A DNA stretch of 64,000 bases, from assembly GCA_951406725.2 (NCBI GenBank), contig OX597823.1, forward strand, positions 46,686,001 through 46,750,000. Direction: 5' to 3'. Under the pieces are notes generated by a model. It did no database searches. It had not been told where the DNA came from and was given only the letters and a program-made list of their open reading frames with translations. How positions within the stretch are numbered: position 1 is the first letter of the stretch; every line of letters starts with the position of its first letter. Shown one piece after another: positions 27,453 through 41,602 of the stretch. The position numbers and the translations under genes were made by a program. This stretch comes from Octopus vulgaris. Its lineage: Eukaryota.

Positions 27453-28371
27453 ATTTCAATTGAAATAATAACATAAATTATTTGAAAAGAACAAAATTCG
27501 ATAATGTCAACGTAGTATGAGATTGTATTTGTTTTATGAGCATAATTGTCGTACAAGTTCGTGTTCTAAATGTTTCGCGCGAAGACATTCTGAGAGAAAC
27601 CATTTTCTCTTAATTTAGATTAAGATTTTGCTCTATATTGTTCAAAACAGTTCATTTCCAGGCCTCTCAAATTATAGTGTATAACTTATTTAAAACGAAT
27701 TATGCATCAAAAGAATTTAAGGATCATAAATTTATTTCTTAAGAAAACTTCAGAAATTCTGGGGCACATTTGTAGTTGTAAAACAAATAATGGTAATAAC
27801 TGCCGAAGATTTGTAAGACGTAATCGAATTTATACTTCTTTTGAGGAGTTGGTATATCATGTCGGTAATACTATATGTGTAATACATAGTTTCTAGCATT
27901 GTTTACAATTATATTGCAATGTAAATATTTGCTTTCTTTAATTCTTTGGACTCTGGGGAAAATAAATGAGACATAGCTTTAAGAGTAAAACGTCTAGAAA
28001 CGATGTGAAATATTGATTTTAGTTTGAGAATCTTATATAAGAGGGAATATGGTTAGTGTTAGAGAATTATTAGGAAAAATGCTGCGAGTAAAATATGAGC
28101 CGTGCTTATCTATTTCGAAGTTATGTTATTAGAAAGTGTTGATTAACCTTTGGGCAAACTTCATTAAAAATTATTTCCGCGGGTAATAGTTAGGTCTCAA
28201 ATGACCAAAGAAACTTTTAATTAGTCAAATAAAGTTGCTATGTATTAGCTAATAAAATATGTTTCGCGTAATCTCACAATTGAAAGTTAGAGGTTAGAAT
28301 GTCAAGATGGATTCTATTTCTCTAGTATTTTCGGGATTTCATTCACTTTGATTATTCTAGTATTTACTGGT

Positions 28372-28930
28372 GTTCAGATCAGATCAGATATAGGGGCATG
28401 CGCCGTGGCAGCGAGTTGCTACATTCACCATTTGTTGGTATATTCCTGGGTCCTCCCGGATGACCTATCGAGTAGAGTCCCAGTCGGTCCCCATCTCTGC
28501 AAGACAGCTCCTCGTATGTCATGACCACGTGATATGTGGTCGACCAACATGAGCCGTCAACCCAGCCGGATCTTCAGGGAAAAGAACACTGAAAGCAGAG
28601 TCTAACAGGGAAAATCGAGCAAAGTGGCCAAACAATCACCCAAGTAACAGGATGCATCCCAGTTCTTAGTTGAGTCGTTGGTTGGATACAAAATCCGACC
28701 CATGGTAACTCATAATCCTGCGAAGATTCCTGGTACCAAAGGAGCTCTGGCGACTCCTAAGGACTCCGTCCAGTGTCCAAGTCTCACAATTATAGAGCAG
28801 AGCAGAAAGGACCAAAGGTCTAAAGACCCGAACTTTCGCCCTTCTACACAGATATCCGCAGCACCAAACACTCTTGTCCAATGAGCCCACAACTGTATCA
28901 GTTTGTCCAAAAGTGATGTTCCGCACCAAC
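28372..28930 (-). mobile_element. RTE-clade LINE 3' fragment
   Basis: KVRVFRPLVLSALLYNCETWTL...LRRIM...DFVSN, typical of the RTE post-RT region; (TCTGA)n tail. Confidence 0.85.
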
Positions 28931-30457
28931 CAATTATAATTTTTCTTTCAAAAGTATCAAATTTTCTTTCTTTGTTGATATTATATTACTTCCAGCAAAT
29001 ACGCAGAATTTCTATTTAAAAATCCACGTCTTTAAATCCTTCGTAGTCCGCAAAACGCATAATACTTAAATATTTAATCGTTTTAAATTGATTCATAAAT
29101 TTATCCTGTTGTATATCTTTGTGCCTTTGTTATTCAGAATGTACCGAAATTACGGCATCTTATTACAAGTTTCTTTTATAATTAAATCAAAATAATATAA
29201 AACTGCAGCAACGTGCCTATTTTACTGTAATATTTCAGGAAGTGGCGAATCAGTATTCTAACGTGGCTTTCACATTAAATTAAACTCATATGGAGCCAAC
29301 GAAAGAAGGTTATATACTGTCTCACTACCTCATAGAAACAACAGCCAATTCTTTGTCAAGTCACGCATACTATATTAGATACACTGGACAAATTCACTCT
29401 TGATGCCATGCAGAATTAAAGAAAGCAAATATTTACATCACTCTTGATGCCCCGCTCAATAATTTGCTTAACTCTGGCTAACATGGAGTTAAACAACATT
29501 AACTTTATATGGTTGTGTAGATATATCTTGAAGCTGATGAATAATTTTACTATAGGCGTACTATTGGTGTGTTTAGAGATTTATTTCTCGTCTCAGAACA
29601 CCCAACAGAGTTTTGTTAGATTTAACTCTGGACTGTTTAAGGAATCAACCATTAATTCTATATAAATATATGCGTATTCGGACAGAGGAAAAATTTCTGT
29701 CAGTATAGGATAATAAACCTTTCTATATAAAATATACGTCCATCAAGTACACAAGAAACTGTTGCTGCTGTTGTTGTCGTCAGCATCGAGGTTGTTGTTG
29801 TTGATTTTTTTGTTGTTGTCTCGCCTCAGGTCAGCCTTGATAGAGCAAAAATTACAGTAATTTATCCTAATATTCATTAAGTTTGCCTTTCCGATATATA
29901 AGAAATATTATCCACTAATCCGCAATTATTATAAATCAGATTAATAAGAAAATGCCTGTTAGATATGAAAGAGAAAAGAAACAAGACGTTTCTTTTCAAA
30001 CTATCATTTCCATTGGAATATTTAGGTCCGAGAAATGTTTGATTGAGAGAGATCAGAGAGATAAAACGTTATTAATTCTAAGTTCTTTTTTTTTTCTGCC
30101 TGAAGTGAGTAATAAGTCCATAAACGTAAAGAATTAAGAGAGTGTAATTATTGAGTAGCATTGTGCGGTGGATAGCAGCACTGTATGGTGAGAAAGATTC
30201 ATAGAATATTTGTATATAGAACATTATACGGGGCGATATAATTATTATATGTATAACATGTGTAATGTGGCCGCTAGATATAGCAGACTGAGTAGATGTT
30301 TGATAAGGATTTCTATTATTTACTAGGTTGATGGTTGATGCATGTATGATACTGCATACATATATATATGTGTGTTTGCGTACATGCATGTATGCCAATA
30401 CAAATGTATGTGTATATATATATATGTATACGTATATATGTATGTATACATATATAC

Positions 30458-31753
30458 CACTCAAATGTGGAAGTGATATATCTCGACTTTGCAAAGGCCT
30501 TTGATAAAGTCGATCATGGAATGATATGTCACAAACTGCGTGATCTCAACATAGTTGGAAAACTGGGAGAATGGCTTCATGACTTTCTGAAGGATAGAAG
30601 TCAGGTGGTAGTAGCCAATGGGGCCACCTCCATTAACACACAAATAGTGAGCGGTGTTCCGCAGGGCACTGTTCTGGGACCACTACTGTTCATAATGGCC
30701 CTCTCAGACATGCCCTCAGCCACGCAGAGAGCCACGATCACAAGTTATGCAGATGATACAAAAGTCTCACAGGCAATACAGAACCCTGAGGACACTAAAC
30801 ACCTGCAATGTGAGCTGGACGAAATATACAAGTGGGCTGAAAAGAATAGCATGCAGTTCAATGCTGGAAAGTTTCAAGCTTTATACTATCAGCATGCAAA
30901 ACTGAATGCAATACCCAATGAATACACTGGACCCGGAGGGATTGCAATCCCAGAGGCACAATCAGTGCGTGACCTTGGTATTCACATGAGTGATGACGCG
31001 ACCTTTCATGTACATGTTGCTAAACTGTCAATGAAATGTAGACGGCTGGCTGGATGGATTCTTAGAACCTTTAGAACAAGAGAACAAGAAACCATGATGG
31101 TCTTCTGGAAGACACTTGTCCTAAGCCACTTTGACTATTGCTCTCAGCTATGGTCACCATCCAGTGTCAAGTTGATCACAGAACTTGAGGCGATCCAACG
31201 AAGCTACACAAAGAAGATAGCCTCTATGCAGAATGTAAGCTACTGGGAAAGACTCAAGAGATTAAAATTATATTCCCTGGAGCGTAGGCGGGAAAGATAT
31301 GCCATAATATACATCTGGAAGATCCTGGAGGGAAGTGTCCTGAACTTTGGCATCGAGAGTTACGCAAATGCCAGAACTGGGCGCCACTGCGTGGTGCCTA
31401 GGACTCCAAACCTGCCATCAAGATGTAGGACAAGATTCTGTGATAGCCTGGGCTTCCGAGGCCCACAGCTCTTCAATATCCTCCCGAAGAACCTGAGAGA
31501 CCTGCATGGGGTGGATACAGATGTCTTTAAAATGAAGCTGGATCTCTTCCTGTCAGGTGTCCCAGATGAACCAACTTCACGGCAGGAGGGGCAGATGAGG
31601 GCAGCTGCATCGAACTCTCTCATGCACCAAATAGCAGTTGCTAGAAAGCCTCCATGAAGTGAAACCAAGTAGCAACACCAAATGGCGGTGCCCCAGCATG
31701 GCCACAGCTCATAAGCTGAAACTAGAATCAATCAATCAATCAATCAATCAATC
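30458..31753 (+). mobile_element. 5'-truncated CR1/L2-group LINE with uninterrupted RT-to-C-terminus frame, 3' UTR and (TCAA)n tail
   Basis: YLDFAKAFDKVDH, SGVPQGTVLGPLLF, YADD, RDLG, LYSLERRRERY; stop at 31657; the ORF-track N-terminus (30368-30457) is microsatellite. Confidence 0.95.
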
Positions 31754-31756
31754 ATA

Positions 31757-31907
31757 CAGGAGTGGCTGTGTGGTAAGTAGCTCGCTTACCAACCACATAG
31801 TTCCGGATTCAGTCCCACTGCGTGGCACCTTGGGCAAGTGTCTTCTACTATAGCCGACCAAAGCCTTGTGAGTCGATTTGGTAGACGGAAACCGAAAGAA
31901 GCTTGTC

Positions 31908-31910
<3 letters not shown>
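31757..31910 (+). mobile_element. SINE family A, 5' half
   Basis: Head and central block directly after the LINE tail. Confidence 0.85.
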
Positions 31911-31954
<44 letters not shown>

Positions 31955-31959
<5 letters not shown>

Positions 31960-32157
31960 CCAAACATGAAAACAGAAAGAGAAAACACAACAACGTGAGA
32001 ACGTGGAACAAGTATAGTGTTATTGGATGCTCAGGAAAGGAAACAAAAAAGGAGGATTTAACGTTTCGAGCGGAGCTCTTCGTCATAAACACAGGAAAAG
32101 GAAAGATCCAAGGAAGGGAAGACAGACGAAAAAAATCCCCAACGATACACACGCGGT

Positions 32158-32160
<3 letters not shown>
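31955..32160 (-). mobile_element. Family HA element, hammerhead core mutated to AUGACGA
   Basis: Homologous to 7036-7237. Confidence 0.75.
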
Positions 32161-32195
<35 letters not shown>

Positions 32196-32604
32196 CCTAT
32201 ATATATATATATAAATATATATATATACTTATATACGTATGAATTTAATTTAATGTGAAAGCCACGTAAGAATAAAATATGTTAATGAATGTGTCATTTG
32301 GTGGTACAAAGTTAGCCCTCGGTCCTTTTATTTTCCTCGTTTGCCTGTAAGCAACTTTGAAAAACTTGTCTTTCGCATAAAAATCTCTAATAATAATAAT
32401 ATTATGCATGCATTATAAGTATGAGAATGAGATATATAAATTTCGGAAGATTTATCTCTATATAATGGAAAGAAAGATAAACATAAATATAGAATACTTT
32501 ACTAACTACATTTCATCATGCATCATATGAATATGTTTACCTATTTATTTATTTATTCATTTTATTATTATCATTATTATTATTATTATTACTACTACTA
32601 CTAC

Positions 32605-32680
<76 letters not shown>

Positions 32681-33190
32681 GAATGAGCGAGCAGAGCATG
32701 CCATCAAAGTGACACTGGGGTAAAATATACGAAGCCCAGTATACCCATCATGACTACCCGTCTGATAAGGGTACACCAGGCACATGCATCACAACCATAT
32801 GTGTACGATATGGTGATCTCATATCAAGATAAACAGCACATGACCTTGCAGGTGGAGCCCAGTTAGAATTTTCTTCAGATCGAGTAACCCATCCTGCTCA
32901 AATGGTCCCTGAATAAGGGTTGTTTAAGGACGTTGAACGAAACACATATGTTTCCAGAGGTGAATTATTCAAACCCCAAAGAATCCTTCTCAACACATGG
33001 CTATGATGCTCCCCCACTACTTCTGCTCGTGATCAGAGATGTACATATCGTCAGCCACTAAGGGACATGCTCAACTGGTTAAGGTCAAACAACTGACAAG
33101 CAAATCTGTGGTATTGAGCAGAATATTTGTTGTAGCCCATCTTTTATACCAAGACAAAACAATGTACATGATAACACTTCCAATCAGTTA
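32681..33190 (-). mobile_element. About 500-bp element embedded in (TAA)n, possibly the 3' end of a Dong/R4-like retroelement
   Basis: Homologous inverted copy at 45716-46210; both flanked on each side by TAA repeats. Confidence 0.65.
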
Positions 33191-33313
<123 letters not shown>

Positions 33314-33532
33314 GATCCTCATCATCATCATCATCATCACCATCATCATCATCATTATAGACGAAGGTTTGGAAAATCCGTTTCAACATTATAAAGTAGA
33401 ATACTAACCTGAAACTGGAATCGAACCTTCACCCGATTCTTCTACTCCAAAAAGAAAAAAAAAAGAAAAAACAAGTGACCTGTGTTGAAAAACTGAAGAA
33501 AAATGGATCTAAATATGAATGATTCAAAATAT

Positions 33533-33609
<77 letters not shown>

Positions 33610-33610
33610 A

Positions 33611-33652
<42 letters not shown>

Positions 33653-33699
33653 CCTATCTACTTACCTATCTATCTATCGATCTATCTACCTACCTATCT

Positions 33700-34200
33700 G
33701 ATGGCACGTATGAATGACGAAGCCACCTTGAGCATAATCCTATGAACCCAGAAATTGAAAACAGAGGGTTACCCACTTGCAAACAAATGTGGTAACATAT
33801 AACAATATCGACCAAGGTTACCGTGGTCTTTTTCGTAGGCTTTTCTTCCCACGGATAAACCTTACTTGCTTTCCCCTTTACACCATATATCATAACACTG
33901 TGATACACGATCCCTATTGATCGTTTTTTTTCCTCTTCCCCCTTTTTTCCCCCTTTTTCTTCTTATTTCATTTCTCTTTCCTTTTGTTCCTTTTCCTTTT
34001 CTTTTTTTCTTTTTATTCCTTTTATTTTATTCAAATTTTTTTTTGTTCTTTTCTTCCCTTTTACGATCCCTCTTGATCGAAAACCTACGCCACCCCTTTT
34101 TTTTTCTTTTGTTTTTTGTTCTCTTCATCCCCCAAAAGAAAAGCTCTACCTTGTAACTTGTCCCATCTGTGTGCAGCCCTGTGTGGCCAATAAAGAAACT
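33700..34200 (+). mobile_element. Probable LINE 3' end (ORF end, T-rich UTR, AATAAA) within (TATC)n
   Basis: MARMNDEATLSIIL* then pyrimidine-rich UTR, AATAAA near 34188, flanked by (TATC)n; clade not verified. Confidence 0.45.
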
Positions 34201-34291
34201 TATCTATCTATCTATCTACCTACCTATCTATCTAACTATTTACCTACCTATCTATCTATCGATCTATTTACCTATCTATCTACCTACCTAC

Positions 34292-34341
<50 letters not shown>

Positions 34342-34584
34342 CAATATATGAATGTGTGCGTGTATGTGTATATGTGTGTGTGTGTGTGTCAATGTGTATG
34401 TATATGTAGGTACACATACCCACATATAGTAACGTAGTGAGAGTTTGACACATCTGGCTGTACTTTATGCAGTGATTTAACATTGTGTGTGATGCAGAAC
34501 AGCTACATATATTTTTTACACATCCATACACAAATATATGCATGTATATATTGTATTTGTGTGTGTGTGAGTGTGTGTTTGCAT

Positions 34585-34633
<49 letters not shown>

Positions 34634-35819
34634 AACACAATATTTGTGTTTGCATGTATGTGTAGGTGTGTTTCTGTGATGTAATACTAATGAGTAGCAT
34701 GTACCTTCCTGGAAACTGTTAATTGTACTAGACAAGAGGAAAACCTTGTTCTGACGTAAGAGCTGAATTTGCTTTGCATGACGTCAAACGTGTAGTTGAT
34801 TTGCTACTGTACATTTTAGTATGTTTAGCACCTAATAATCGTATTGATTGAATACAAGTGGAATTATTGATTGCCTGGAGCGAATTAAGTGCTCGAATAT
34901 CGAATAGGAGGGATTACATATTTCATTTGATTGTATTGATTAGTTAAGACGGTAAAATTGTCACATATCCACCATTCATTTTTCTTGAGAATTGAATATT
35001 CTAATAGATTAATATCTAAAGGATATTTAAAATTTGTATTAGTATAAATGTCCTAGGTGTTTTTTTCTTTCTGTCTGTTTTTGTTTCTAATCATTACTCA
35101 CGGTTATTAGATTTCTGTTTTTATATTTCATTAAATGTACTTCGCTGTCAATAGAATAAGCTCTCCTCTAAGAGACAAATATTAATAGACAAACATGTAG
35201 ATATTCGTTGTAACTACTCTCACCATAATTCGTTACATAATCGGAAGAAAGATTTGATCCAAGATGGAGCTTCAAGCCGGCAGCATTTGTACACGTATTT
35301 AATCATAAGAACAGCAGTACTCATATGGGAAATACTTAGACAAATATAAAAAAGAAAGTAAAAGCGAAGTGTTTTCTTTTTTATCTCTACATGCCTCGCT
35401 AGTCATTATTTGAAGTGCGTTGCACTACTAACTGTAATAAATATCGAGATTGCGTTATGTAACTGTGTAAGTATGTGAATATATTTCTCTTGCATTTTTA
35501 GGTTTCCGAAGAACAGTTTCCTCTATCGCATAATATGCAGCTTGCAAAAATAATTCTTTTATGTATCCTTTTTTTTTGTTTTTGTTTTTTTGCTTTGTAG
35601 TTGTTTCAGTCACCAGACTGTGGCCATGTTGGGGACCCACCTTGAAGAATTTTCACTCGTGTCAATCGACCCTTGCACTTATCTTTTTTAAGCATGGTGC
35701 TTGTTCTGTTAGTCACTTTGTCGAATCGCTTCGTTACAGAGAGGTAAACACACGTACACAGATTATCAAGTAGCAGTGGGGGAAATACAGCCATAAAGAC
35801 ACACACACGTATATATATA

Positions 35820-36119
<300 letters not shown>

Positions 36120-36952
36120 ACAGAATGAGATAAATAATCCAAGGCTATAAAAGATTTCAGAACATATATATATATTTACATACGATGGGCTGCTTTCAGT
36201 TTCTGTTTACAAAATCCACTCACAAGGCTTTGGGCGACCAGAGGCTGTAGTAGAGATTTGCCTAAGGTAACACACAGTGGGATAGATCCGGGAAGCCTGT
36301 GGTTGCGAAGCAAACTTCTTACCACACAGCCAAGCCTGCACCTAATCCCCTGTTTATTTCAGTCAATAGACTGTAGCCATGCTGGAGCATAACCATGAAA
36401 ACTTTTTAGTTAACCAAAATGCGCCACAGATACACACACATATATATATATAGGTATTTATATTGTATATGGCAATGTATTTTCAGCTTAAACATATACA
36501 GTTGTACCCACGCCCTAAACTTCCATCGTTAATGATGATCCGCTGCACAACTGGATTTATTGTAAATAAACAAATAGATGTCGCTATAATTACGTCCATA
36601 GCTTAATATATTGTATAAGTACTTATGTACCAGAAAATACATCCACAAAATCCAAGAGTTGAATTCTCTAATATCGTCTCTGGTAAAATGACTTTCACAT
36701 CACATTCAACGAAATTTATTTATTAACTGCAAATCATTTTTGAAATTATTACATGATCGATAATGCTTTCACGTGAGTCGAGGATAATGCTGATGAACAA
36801 AACAATTAAAACTTTTGAAATATCAACGAGCTCGTAATTTTTTTCTTTTCTTCCAAGTATCTAAAATCCCACTTTAATTGTACGTTCGTATATATACTTG
36901 TTTAATTAAATGAAAAAGAGTGTGTAAGTATAAGTATACATATAAATGTATA

Positions 36953-37506
36953 TCTATTATATAAAATCTGTTCTGTCTGTCTGTGTGTGTGTCTTCTAGC
37001 ATCTTGGGCATCCTCCATCCGATTGCACTCAAATTTGATTTGTAGATACTGACGGTATCAGAGCGTGTATAAGACTTGAAAAAATTACAAAAATCGATTC
37101 CCGGTGAGAATGCGATCGATAAAGCTGTTTTTGTCCTGCTTTTCTTCTGTCAACCTGTACAAAACAGCACCTTCCATTTTTTGTTGTTTTTGTACTGCTT
37201 AAAGGCACGTTTCTTTCCTGCCAAACTTACTGTTTAAACCATGTTTATGTTCTCCCAGTCAACAGCTTTATCATTACTGGTACTTTAAACTCTTCGGTTG
37301 CATATTTGTGTGAACAAAATCGTTTTTCTTTGGAATAGAAAAAAATCTATCTTTATTTCTTCTTTTGCTGGTGTCTCAAATTTAGGTTAAATCAATGTTT
37401 CTCAAGGGGGGAGGCCTATGGGACGGTCGGACAAGTTGTTTTGAGAAAATTTGGTTTAAATGTTTGACAACTCAGCGCCGTCCATTGGACGGGGGGCGTT
37501 TTGCTC

Positions 37507-37507
<1 letters not shown>
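36953..37507 (+). mobile_element. Non-autonomous Helitron
   Basis: A|TCTATTATATAAAA start, (CTGT)n, subterminal CCGTCC-ATT-GGACGG hairpin, ends CTCG|T, no TSD. Confidence 0.7.
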
Positions 37508-37599
<92 letters not shown>

Positions 37600-37894
37600 C
37601 GTGCGCCCGCATAGGCGTCTGTATGTGGTGAGTACGCGTGACCAAGTGGTTAGGGTTTTGCACTCGCGATCACAAAAAGCTTTCATTTCACGTTGCTCTC
37701 CGATCAAATTTGACAGCTCACTTGTGGCATGTCATGTACAGACATGCATGTCTGTACAGTCAATGTTGATTTGATGGAGGGAGTGAGTTAATGTACAGCG
37801 CAATCATTTGATCATAATAAATACACTATCGGTACTGGTTGTTCAGCGAGAAATTCCAGATCCTTCACCTGACTCTTACGACATGTGAGTCCAC

Positions 37895-37950
<56 letters not shown>

Positions 37951-37960
37951 GTTTTTTTTA

Positions 37961-38351
37961 TTGTTTCAGTCATTTGACTGTAGCCATGTTGGAGCACCGC
38001 CTTTAGTCGACCAAATCGACCCCAGGACTTATTCTTTGTAAGCCTAGTACTTATTCTATCGGTTTCTTTTGCCGAACCGTTAAGTTACGGGTATGTAAAC
38101 ACACCAGCATCGGTTGTCAAACGATGTTGGGGTGACAAACACAGACACACAAACATATGCACACACATAAATGTATGTATACATATATACAACGGGCTGC
38201 TTTCAGTTTCCGCCTACCAAATCCACTCCCAAGGCTTTGGTCGGCCCGAGGCTATAGTAGAAGACACTTGCCCAAGGTGCCCCGCAGTGGGACTGAACCC
38301 GGAACCATGTGGCTGGTAAGCAAGCTACTTACCACACAGTCACTCCTGCGC
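37961..38351 (-). mobile_element. SINE family A, full length
   Basis: Reverse complement of the family pattern. Confidence 0.9.
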
Positions 38352-38359
38352 GTATATGT

Positions 38360-38640
38360 AGTAGACTACCCAAGTTTCTCTGTCGTAGACGTCCCAAGTT
38401 TAATGCAAAACTTCACGTTGGCTCTTTGTTCCAACTTCCTGTCTATGACAACATTGCAGACTATAGTATACACGTGATAACAAAAACACGAATTTCACAA
38501 CATGCGAAGTAAACACAGGAATGTCACTCGGCACACTGCTTCATGAAGATCACTGCTACATCTTATTCAGCTCGCAAACGTAAGCTGCCATCTGTTGGTG
38601 CGCTATAGAACTAGTCCAGGACCTTTTTGATGCCACATAA
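38360..38640 (-). mobile_element. Mariner 5' end relic
   Basis: Minus frame DRKLEQRANVKFCIKLGTSTTE (mariner N-terminus EQRxxIKFCxKLG) downstream of a TIR-like GGCATCAAAAAGGTCCTGGACT. Confidence 0.7.
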
Positions 38641-39626
38641 AAAATTCTACATCAAAGAATACTAGGGTGCTTATCCAGTAGAAACACGTGTCGAATTGGA
38701 ATTTAATGAGAATAATACTGTAATAAACAAATTTTGAAGATGTGCCATTCTCCGTTCTACTTTATGATGGTTTGGTTACACACACACACACACACACACT
38801 CATATCCCCGGCCCTCTAAATGATTTCCCCCTACAAAATTCATTCACAAAGCATATAGTAAGTTTAGGGCCATAGTAGAGGACACTAGCAAAAGTATCAA
38901 TTAGGTACACTGGGATTGAACCCGAAAGACCCTGGTTACGAAGAGAACTTCTTAACCACATGACCCTGCTTAGTAAAATTTTTAAAAGCTAAAAGGAAAA
39001 AGAAAATATTTCTTGTTACTTATGAGAGATCAAAATAGTTATTGAAATAATCTGTAAAACAAGCAAACAAACTAAATATTAACGACGCCTATGATTTCCT
39101 TTTTTAGTAAATTATCGAAACATAAATAAAGTGTCATTACCTATGATATTTGCAGGCCCTCAGGGATCAATGGTATCGGTGAACAAGAAATATATAATAA
39201 TTCTATTAATAAATTTTATCTATCGATGATATCCAATATCCAGTGTTTACTGATTTCTCTCACTTCTTTATATTGCTGAGGAAAGTATAAACAGCATCAC
39301 TCCCATTTGCAGATTTATTGTGTGACAAACCCATTGTTTGTGAAACTGCTACCAGCAGTATTGAATCAATTGACTCCACTAATGGAACTTGCACGAAATA
39401 AATAAGTATTGATAAATTGATTCGTTATAATTTGTTTATTTTTCAACTGGAGCCATTACATTTTGTAACCAATTATAAAACCATATACAAAGCAATGACG
39501 TAAAGATATATGTGTGCAGTATAGTTTATCTGTGAAAATATTCAAAAGTCAAATAAACATATCCATGACTTAATCTAGTTTACCAATCTAATGAATAATA
39601 TATACTTGGGTCCAAATTCGTTATAT

Positions 39627-39864
39627 ATATTTCTTTACTGCCCACAAGGGGCTAAACACAGGCAGGACAAACAAGGACAGACAAACGGATTAAGTCGATT
39701 ACATCGACCCCAGTTCCTAACTGTTACTTAATTTATCGACCCCGAAAGGATGAAAGGCAAAGTCGACCTCGGCGGAATTTGAACTCAGTATGTAACGGCA
39801 GACGAAATACGGCTACGCATTTCGCCCGGCGTGCTAACGTTTCTGCCAGCTCGCCGCCTTCCTG
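39627..39864 (-). mobile_element. SINE family B with 12-bp TSD
   Basis: AATTCGTTATAT at 39615-39626 and 39865-39876. Confidence 0.9.
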
Positions 39865-41093
39865 AATTCGTTATATTGCATACAGACAAACACCGTAACT
39901 GCCCACATGCATGTATATGTACACACAAGATATATACAGAGTATACACACATACATACACGCACATACACACACACATACTAACACAAATCCGCACAAGC
40001 CACTCGAAAGCATAGTACATTGTTTGTACGCATGCCTAGTTACAGATGTAAGTACTTGCACACATACAAACGCAGTTATGTAAATAAAAGTTATATTCTT
40101 TATTGTAATTATATCAGGGTTGAGTATATATAGAATTATACATTTATACAGAACGTATATGGGAAAAGTCAGAAAGCGTCATATAATTAGACGACTATTT
40201 CCTTTTCTTTTTGAATAATTCAAACAGAAGGAGGAAGGGGGCTAGTATATATTTTATCCGGACCGCCATGACTGATGAAAGAAAAGAGAGGATTTAATCG
40301 CAATTTGTTAACCTAACTCGAAGTCATGCAACATACAAAACTCGCCTGAGGATACTTAATGGCTAGTTGAATAGGTGTAAATCCGCTGACATATTGATTT
40401 ATAAACGTTGTATCATCCAACAAGACAAACGGACGCTTCGATAGGCCTCAGTACAGTTTCTTCATTCACAAATATTTAGCTGACTTGTTGTCATCATGGT
40501 ACAAGTCACATGTTCAAGTCTTCTTGGAGAACCTCCAGCCTGAAATCATGTGGTTGTGAAAAGAGACCTTCTTAGCTACACAGCCACACATGCAAGTTGT
40601 ACAAGACTTCTGTTTGTTGGTTTTTCTGCACTTATGAAATAACTTTAAATAAGTTTTCTCTTCGTATTACCAGTATGTTTGGCACTTAGTACTTATATTT
40701 ATTTCTATGCCTAAGTTAAATTGTTTCATCGTTAATCTCCTACCGAACACATTGTGTAAATTTGTCAATAAACAATAAAAACATATGTACTAAAATATGC
40801 CATTATTTTCCATTCTATAACAACTTTTATGTAACAAATGCGCGTTTTACAGTGTATTTTCAAATTCTTATGCAGGTGATTCTTGAAATATGCTCAAAAG
40901 GTGTTTGTAGCATATTCTACTAAAACTACATTGAGAACAATTATAATTGTATGCCAGTTATTACATCAGTTGGGTGTGTAGACTGAATAAATCTCTGAAG
41001 TTGTTGCGTCTAACAAGTAATGGCAGACGCCATTAGAAAAACTTATATCTATTTGCAAAGAAGCCTTCACTTTCATCGCTACCTGGTGGTTAC

Positions 41094-41136
41094 CGCCCGT
41101 TGACGAGGGACAACAATCCCGAAACTAGTTCGAGCG
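41094..41136 (+). ncRNA. Minimal type I hammerhead ribozyme motif inside a long hairpin
   Basis: CGCCCG-UUGACGA-GGGA-CAACAA-UCCC-GAAA-CUAG-U-U-CGAGCG; enclosed by TATTTGCAAAG (41050-41060) and CTTTGCAAATA (41171-41181). Confidence 0.7.
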
Positions 41137-41449
41137 TATCACTCAGGCTTGCGAGGAAGGGATGGCCTCCCTTTGCAAATACTTCAAGGACACAGATATT
41201 GTGTCTAGAGCCAGCTAGAGACAAAGATCTCTTGGGGCTATAAAGCTACAGTAACACCCCCTCCCCAATGTGGTTAGCCATGATAAGATGGCTTCTATAC
41301 TTTACATTATCGAGCGATTACTGTTTCAATCTCATTCTGAGATTTAAGTATGCTATATATATATGTATATATATATATAAATACATACATACACACACAC
41401 GCATATATGTGTGTATATATGTATGTGTATATATGTATGTGTATATATG

Positions 41450-41507
<58 letters not shown>

Positions 41508-41602
41508 AATTGTTGTATTTAGGAATGGTCATTTTGCCAGTTTAGCCAATAAAAACATACGCACCATTTGCAAAACAAATATATAAACGTAAAATATATA
41601 TC

